DNA of 64,000 nucleotides from Eledone cirrhosa (Eukaryota): NCBI GenBank assembly GCA_964016885.1, contig OZ024741.1, positions 90,768,001 to 90,832,000 of the forward strand, read 5' to 3'. Shown piece by piece: positions 56,314 to 64,000 of this stretch (position 1 is its first letter; each line of letters starts with the position of its first letter). The notes under the pieces were generated by a model. It saw only the letters and a program-made list of their open reading frames with translations, ran no database searches and was not told where the DNA came from. The position numbers and the translations under genes were made by a program.

Positions 56314-57849
56314 TAAAAAAAACTATTAATAATACACATTTCTTTTACGCTGGAAATCGTATCTGAGCGCTTCATTCAGAAACTCCCATAGAAGACTGAG
56401 CTTTCGTAGCTTCTGCTTGCCAACGTTTATTTGCATTACGTATATTAGTTAACCAGTGGGACTGAACCCAGAGTTATCTGATTGTAAAGAAATCTCTTAA
56501 CAAGAATATTCCTGTCTCTACATATATATAGAGAGAGGGCGAGATTGGTATATAATATATACTGATGTGTATACCTTGTATATATAGTTATGTATAATTT
56601 ATGAAAAAACTCATATTTACAGTTCACACCTATATACGTTTGGTTAGTTAAATCCCAAAGGATGGGTCTACGGTGTTTTAATGATACTGGCTCAAATTCT
56701 ATCATGAAAAACAACGTGAAATGAAGTATTTTGCTCAAAGACAATCTAACCACTAGACCACGCACCTTCACTAATCTTTATTGATGTGTACACATAGTTC
56801 ATATGTATATACATATAACCTATATTGACGTAGTTTAAATTATAAGCGCAATGTGGAAATCTACATAGCAAATATATTTAAGATTGCTGAACTGACATGA
56901 AAGGGGAAAGTACAAATAAATAGGTGGCAGATTATGTTTTAAATCTACCCCTAAAATATAGATCTAACGTTCAATGGTGACGAACCAACTATCTGATTTT
57001 TTTTTTTTTGTTAGAAAATAATACAAATGACAAAATTAATCCTCTGGTGTTTATAAAACCGTACACCTATCTTTCTCTCTTTCTCTTTCGCTCTCATTTT
57101 TACTCTCACTCATTTTCTGTCACATTTGTAACTATAACTGTATTCTAACCACTTGAGCAATAGATGGGATGGTTGAGGATAGATAGATAAACAATGTTGA
57201 AGACAAAAAAGGAATGAAAGCAGGACAAAACGAGGAAAACCTGGGGTAAGCCATTCAACAACTGAAACTTGTATACTCGGTAAAATAATTTGTGCTACGA
57301 ATGTAAAACTGTGTGGTGGGAGGGAAATATCAAAAACTGAAGGAAAGACCAAAAACAAACAGAAGACGGATATGAATAAAGTGTGACATTAGAATTGAGG
57401 TCTGAGTGTCGTATCAAACAAATTCCTATGCAGATCAACCTGTATTACGATCATCCGCGTTTAGATTGCTAAGCTGAATACAAACACTGTTTCCCACTAG
57501 TTTTTCTTACATCACGTGCAAAGTTTTCTTTAACCATTCTCAGTGATATTTATTATTTAATGTTGAATTCTAAAAATACTGTATCTAGCCTCCTTTCTGC
57601 TTACTGCTGCTTATTTTCTGGATGTCAGCGCCTACCTAGAACGACTATCCCATCCATCGACAAGAACATCACTGAAAACCTTTTCCAATTATCTAGGATC
57701 AAATTCATATTTCTTCATTGTTTTAAGTTTATCAGGTATCTCTATCACTCCCCAAATCCTCTATTGTATGTACGTATGGAATCGTAACTCCTGGTAGAGT
57801 CGTGGAGGTGTATTGGGCTTTTCTTTTATAAACTTGGCAAAGCCCATCT

Positions 57850-57935
57850 TTTCTTCAGATCTCAACATAACCGATTTTTTCTTCAGATCTCAACATAACC
57901 GATTTTTTCTTCAGATCTCAACATAACCGATTTCT
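57850..57935. repeat. 28-bp tandem repeat x3
   Basis: tttcttcagatctcaacataaccgattt repeated. Confidence 0.92.
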
Positions 57936-58109
57936 TCCAGAGAAGATGAGAGAGAGAGATAGGGGGGGGGGGGGTAAGAGAGAAGAAGTGAGAGGTATAA
58001 AGGAAGATTCGATCCCAATATTTTTTTATCGGGCTTGAAATTATGAAGGGCAAAGTCGCCTTCAGTAGGTTGTGAACTCAATGCGCAGAGTTAAAACAAA
58101 TACTGAATC

Positions 58110-58395
58110 TAGTTGATTCAACCAGCTTGCCTGCTCGAGAAATTTACGTTACTTGACATCTCACGAACATATGCACTCTTAAGGTAGTTCTCAGGGACAT
58201 TCAACCTGGTACGATATGTGACCAGGCTGGTCCCTAGAAGTACAATTACAACTCATTTTTGCTACATGAGTTGACTAGAGCAATGTCAAATAGAGTATCT
58301 TGCTGAAGGACACTATGCGCCACCCGTCCTAGGAACCAAACCCACGACCATACGATCGTGGGCCCAGCAATCTAACTGCTATGTCACGCGCCTTC
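58110..58395 (-). mobile_element. tRNA-derived SINE, family C
   Basis: Homologous to 33300-33590. Confidence 0.7.
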
Positions 58396-59711
58396 AATAG
58401 TGAGTACTACCAAAATATTACCAGTGTAGTCAAGGAAACCAGGATGAGTTTCAAATACTTCAAAATTAGAGGCCTATTTTTCTGCCCGGTGTGCTGTTCT
58501 AACACTTTATCATCGTTATATGGTTGATTTTATCAGCACAACCTCATTCACCAGAGACCAGTTCTCCACTTTCATATGCTTTGTGAACGATTATCATCCC
58601 ACATAAGAATTCATTTTCAAAATCTCGAACGTCTCAACAAATTTCACAGATATCTCTGTTTTCACGATATTCACCATTTCTCACAAACCATTTCTTGTAC
58701 AAACCTGCAATCTTTCACTCCTGTCTCAAATGTTCTTCTCAAATCCGTCATCCACTTACCTCCCGCCTTCTACAGTCTGACCCTGGCCTTTGTCCTATCT
58801 CCACAAAACCCCCACTCCTCTCTTTCAAAGGTGACCAAAATTATACGACCCTCTGCTCAAGTACGCCCTTATCCTTTCCTCCAACGTGGTACCTCACCTC
58901 TAGCCGCATCCAATGAAGTCACCACTGGTAAAATTAAAAACTATTGTTGTTTTATCTCAGATCAGGTCTGATCAAAGAGATCTGACTTCAAAGGTAAATA
59001 TACCTATGTTATTTTATTTCAGATCAGCCCTGATCGAACACATCGAGTATCAAATTTTAAATCTATGTTGTTTTACCTTAGGTCAGCCCCAATCGAACAC
59101 ACTGCGATAGAAACACTTGCAATTTTCCTTCGGGTCAACCCTCATGGAACGAACTGAGGAGCAAAGGCATTCAAGCCGTGATCATTCCGTATTTTTCTTC
59201 GAACAGGTCCACATTATCCTATGTATCCTTTTCTAAGACGACAAGCTGTTAATTTAGGGCGATTTAGATGCTACTTCAAGAAGACAAGACAGCTATTTAG
59301 AAGCTTCTCGTTGGTTCTTTGACAGGGGAAACAGTTTCTTGAAGCATCTACTAGAAAAGGTTAGAGTGACTTCGAAGTTTCAGCGATTTCTTCTTGTATT
59401 TATCTCGTACACACACACGTAATTGATGTATATATATATATATGTGCACATATATATAATGCTCGGATCTATTCATTGGAATCTTTGAGCTTATTCTACA
59501 GTGGATATGGCGCATGTCTCTCGGACATGACACCCTTAATTTAATTTTGGATATATATAGCAATGAGTTATTTAATTTGTTGGTTATTCAACAAATTTAG
59601 TTTATAACAGATTAGAAGCACTCTACAGATTTCTTCTGGAGTATAAACAGAACTCAAAACACCAAGTTCTTGTCTTGAATATGTCACTATCTGTAAAACA
59701 ACTTTTGTATT

Positions 59712-59765
59712 TTATCTGATGAGAGTTTACCAAAAATGTTGGTACCCTTGAAATATATATAATAA
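59712..59765 (+). ncRNA. Type I hammerhead ribozyme adjacent to a (TA)n tract
   Basis: ttat CTGATGA gag-tt-taccaa aaatg ttggta-cc-ctt GAAA tatata TA ataa. Confidence 0.75.
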
Positions 59766-59810
59766 CATAAATATGCTTTTAGAAAGATAGTTTCCATTTA
59801 TTAATATTAT

Positions 59811-59850
<40 letters not shown>

Positions 59851-61585
59851 CATATATGTGTGTGTGTATAGACACATACATACAAACATACATACAATCA
59901 TACATACACATACATAGATACATACATACACACATACATACATACATACATACATACATACATACATACATACATACATACATACATACATACATACATA
60001 CAAGCATGCATGTATGCATACATAGAGAGCTGGGGAAGGCGGAACAGCTTAATACTAGAATCAAATTAAAAAAGAAAACAGCATACTGCATGACTAAAAC
60101 AGTAAAAAAATACAGCTAGATTCGCCTTTAGCTTTTAGTTTGTCACTTGTTTCAATATTATTATTGATTTAAAATATCCTCTCCCATTTCCTCTTTCTTT
60201 CATCTCATTGACTGAAAATTTCATAAGTTGTACTGATTTTAATGCAACCATGTGTACAGATATTCTTTGCCAGTAAGTGTCAAGCAGCCTGTATAATAGA
60301 TTGTGTCTCTGTTTGTTAGTTGTGGGAGTGCCGCACATTTCCATAACAGTGACGTCAACAAAACAAAAGAGATATTCCTAGATATTTGTCAAAAACCCAG
60401 TTGTTCCAGTATCCTCGCGCTTATTGAGCACCTTTCAGTAAACATGACATGAAGAAGGAACCAGCTAAGTCGTGGCACCTGTTCTCAGAAACAAAATTCC
60501 AAATTAGATCAGATGTTGAAATAAGTCGAAGCAATGAAATAAATGAATAAATAAATAAATAAATTGAGTTAGAAGATTACGCCGTGTGGTGATGCCTATC
60601 GTATTTTGTTCAGTTTATACGCCCGTCATTATCAGAATAATTTATTTAGTCAAAATTACGGCGAAATCTAATTCTATTTTCAAATTCCACTCGCCGTTTC
60701 CTAAACATAAATAAATATTGTTTTATCTGGGAAATGTATATTATATTCTTTACTTCATAATATTGCCTCTTACATGAAGGAGGGTCGATAAAGCAAGGGC
60801 CCCTCGACATGTTCAATAGACAAGCTAGAAATAACAGTTAAATCCTTCTTAAATTACACTATACAGCCTTTAAAAAAGGAAAGTACTTTAGATAATGTCC
60901 TAGATGCAAGACAAGGTAGTAATGACTGAGACGTTTTGATCAGAAATCTGCTTAATATGGCTTCAAAAGATACTAAAGAACAAAAGCAGCATTAAGTCCT
61001 GAAACCATTTGGTGAATGAGAACACATAGAGAGTTGTGAAGTCCACGCATTTCTAAACTAATTTAAAATATTCTTAACATACGCACGAAGCAATACATAT
61101 TGTGGGAGAAAATCGTTAATCATAATTTAATTTATGCATATTTTTTCGGTCCACGCATAAAGAAAAAAAGGTAAGGCCAACCCCGGCGAAATTTAAATTC
61201 AAAATGTAAAAGGTCCTAAATAAGTGTTGCAAGAAACAAGTTGAAAAGGTTTAGAGAAAGAACTAACCTGAAATTAAAATTAACTGCAGAAGTTTTAACA
61301 AAGCTTCATTGTAGCACACAACCATTTTGACTAATGTACTAATAACGACAAACTCTTTTTCCTGAAATAATTTCCAGTATATTTCCGGACCCTGGAACCT
61401 TGATAGCTGAAAATCTTGTTGCTTATTTTACCAGCACGGAAGATAACTTCAAAACATTCATGAAGGAGACAATTCACGAAGACATTGAGAATGTGAATAG
61501 GGGTTAGGGTTATGGTAGTAAGAAAAAAACATATATATATATATATATACAAATGGAAGTACAGCATAATCGAAGCTCTGGAGAA

Positions 61586-61817
61586 AGAAGAAGAAGAAGA
61601 AGAAGAAGAAGAAGAAGAAGAAGAAGAAGAAGAAGAAGAAGAAGAAGAAGAAGAAGAAGAAGAAGAAGAAGAAGAAGAAGAAGAAGAAGAAGAAGAAGAA
61701 GAAGAAGAAGAAGAAGAAGAAGAAGAAGAAGAAGAAGAAGAAGAAGAAGAAGAAGAAGAAGAAGAAGAAGAAGAAGAAGAAGAAGAAGAAGAAGAAGAAG
61801 AAGAAGAAGAAGAAGAA
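61586..61817. repeat. Pure (GAA)n tract of about 230 bp
   Basis: Direct reading. Confidence 0.97.
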
Positions 61818-62309
61818 TAATAATAATTAAATTTCTTGAATGCAATGTTTATGTATACTGACTTCTAGTATTGTATAATAAACATAAATAAGTCTCGCTA
61901 TGAATATTTTAAGTTGTGATTCCACTTTTTTTTTCTCTCTTCCTTTCTGAATATAGAATTTTAAATTAATAAAATGTGAGAACTATGCTGTTTTTACTCA
62001 TACGGCTGTTAGTATACAATTGTGGCTTAGCATTTCAATCTGGTCCACTACATGAGCTAATTATAAACTAAATCGTCTATCTTTGCATTCTAAAAGTTAT
62101 TTCAAATTATATTAGAGTACATACGGTCGTGGGATTAAAACCATGTGAGATTTTTATGTTATGAGATACAAAATAATTGAAATGTGTTATAGATAATTCG
62201 TAAATGAACACCCATGTCGTTTATATTTTTCTGAGACTTCTTATAATGTCGTGCATTTGAGTTTATTATCCGAAGAATGCTTACTGTACAATAAACAAGA
62301 AAACAATTG

Positions 62310-62645
62310 TTTTACCCGTAACTCCTGATGGAGTTGTACAGGCGCCATATTGACATACAGCGTTTCTTGGGCATTTAATACCTGGTGGAGCCCATCTTTC
62401 CCCAGGTCTGAACGATTTCTTCCAGAAAAGGAGAGTGAAAGAGTCAAAATGATAGAGAGGAAGTGAAAAAGGATACAAAAGGAAAAACGACCCCTGTTCT
62501 AGATTGCTACTTTTTTATCAATCTCGAAAATATGCAAAACAAAGTTGACCTCGGCGGGATTTGAACTCAGAGAATAGAGAGTAGAAACGAATACCGTAAA
62601 GCATTCTATCCGACGTTGTAGCGACCCAGCCAATTAGCTATCGCT
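62310..62645 (-). mobile_element. tRNA-derived SINE, family A, with extended tail
   Basis: caaagttgacctcggcgggatttgaactcag core; the tail matches 4030-4060 (aagaaacg..gtatgtcaatatggcg). Confidence 0.75.
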
Positions 62646-62737
62646 TTTTAGCGTAGAATATTCAATAAGTGTAATCACGTGTTCATTTAACATTATTTTT
62701 TAGAAGTGAAAATCATTTCGTTATAATATCAATAAAA

Positions 62738-62960
62738 AGGGCGGTGGATTGGCTGTATCGGTAGAGGGTCGGACGCCATGCTTTACAGCATAGAGTTACG
62801 CCCCATTTACGGTCTGAGTTCAAATCCCACCGAGGTTAACTTTGCCTTTCATCCTTACGGGGTCGATAAAATAAAGTACCAGTCACACACTGGGGTCGAT
62901 TTAATCGACTTTTCCCTCCCCCAAAATTGCTGGCCTTGTGCCTAATTAAGAAACCGTTAT
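62738..62960 (+). mobile_element. tRNA-derived SINE, family A, full length
   Basis: gggcggtggattggc..gagttcaaatcccaccgaggttaactttgcctttcatccttacggggtcgataaaataaagtacc..ggccttgtgcc. Confidence 0.87.
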
Positions 62961-64000
62961 AATATCAATAAATATGGGGTTGGATGAAATCTACAGTGAA
63001 GTTGTGAACTTTCCAAAAAGCAGTAGCAGCCTAAGTAAAGCAAAATCGCTTCAATCAGTTCACAGATTCAGGCTTGCAGAAGTTTATCATTTATTATATT
63101 CCTTAATATTGTCAATGAAAATAAATTCCTTAAAGCAGGAGATAATTTACTAACATAGTCCCTATATTTTCAATTCTTTATGTGTCATTTCATCTCAATT
63201 GCGCCTATTATTGTTCTAAAAAAATGCATTTATTTCACGTCCCGTTTCTCTTGTATACGCTCGAGCTACATAAAAACAAGATTTTCTAAAATCTGTCTTG
63301 AGCCAAGATGCTCATAAGGTGAAGTTTATCCCGCTTTTATGAGGTGTGACTAAGAGACTTCTAATTGGAAAGACGCCAATCCGTCACAAGTATTTATCTT
63401 TCAACAGAGTGAACTGAAGCAACGTGAAATTAAGTGACTTGCTCAAAGACAGTCCGGGTATGAAGTGCACAACCTTACGATTTTCAGCACAAAACCCTAA
63501 CCTCTAAGCCTCATGTCTCTACAATATAAATTTATTCTAACATATTTGTCGGTAAATGGAGTGTGGAGTGAGAGAAACAAGGATCACATTTAGCTACCTT
63601 GTTTTTCGTTGATTTCAATCCCTATGAACATTGCCTTTAAGGGTCAATAAAGAAGTTAATTCGCTCAACTTTTTCTTCCATACAGACATTTGATCTGGAT
63701 ATTAATAGTCTTTGGTAACAAACTCTGATCCAACATGTCTGTACTTCAAATATTTACCAGTGTGATGCTAACTATATACAAGTAAGTTAAGAATGGATGT
63801 ATTCAATGATGTGCCAAAAAATGTCTCAATTATTTTAAATTTTCCTTGAGATGGAGAAATAAATAAAAGAACTATCTGTAATTATTTGCGAGTCTCAAAG
63901 ACGAGGGAGAACATTTAAAGAAATTTACAATTGATTTCTCAAAGTTTGCATGCTAAGTTGAAACTCCGAGTCTTGTTTGCAAGGAATTACGTAGATACAA

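Noticed and set aside
57850-57935. 28-bp repeats of CRISPR-like length
   Set aside because: Head-to-tail with no spacers, no cas genes, eukaryotic context.
58430-58920. Possible decayed CR1/L2 3' end (also 27570-28000)
   Set aside because: Only faint motif resemblance; too degenerate to call without an alignment.
61510-61861. Poly-L, poly-E and poly-R ORFs
   Set aside because: (GAA)n tract.
62738-62835. tRNA-like A/B boxes here and in other SINE heads
   Set aside because: No complete cloverleaf; continuous with a dispersed SINE body.

Overview
AT-rich eukaryotic genomic DNA, not prokaryotic. The tRNA-derived SINE families and very dense (TA)n/(CA)n/(GA)n/(TATG)n arrays resemble octopus (cephalopod) genomes; this is recognition, not a database result. 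The window is dominated by transposon debris: an autonomous-type Helitron (5' half) plus non-autonomous Helitron ends, several Penelope-like elements (RT/GIY-YIG), RTE, CR1, CRE and R4/Dong non-LTR retrotransposon fragments, and many SINEs. Two signals stand out. (1) At least 15 type I hammerhead-ribozyme motifs from about 9 sequence families sit in short, microsatellite-embedded, often fold-back units, and several fold-backs pivot in stem II of the ribozyme. (2) A small candidate host exon at 5227-5477 encodes a six-cysteine peptide ending YL-GKR, which looks like an amidated neuropeptide or toxin precursor. Most ORFs in the supplied track are microsatellite artefacts. Repeat boundaries were read by eye and are approximate.
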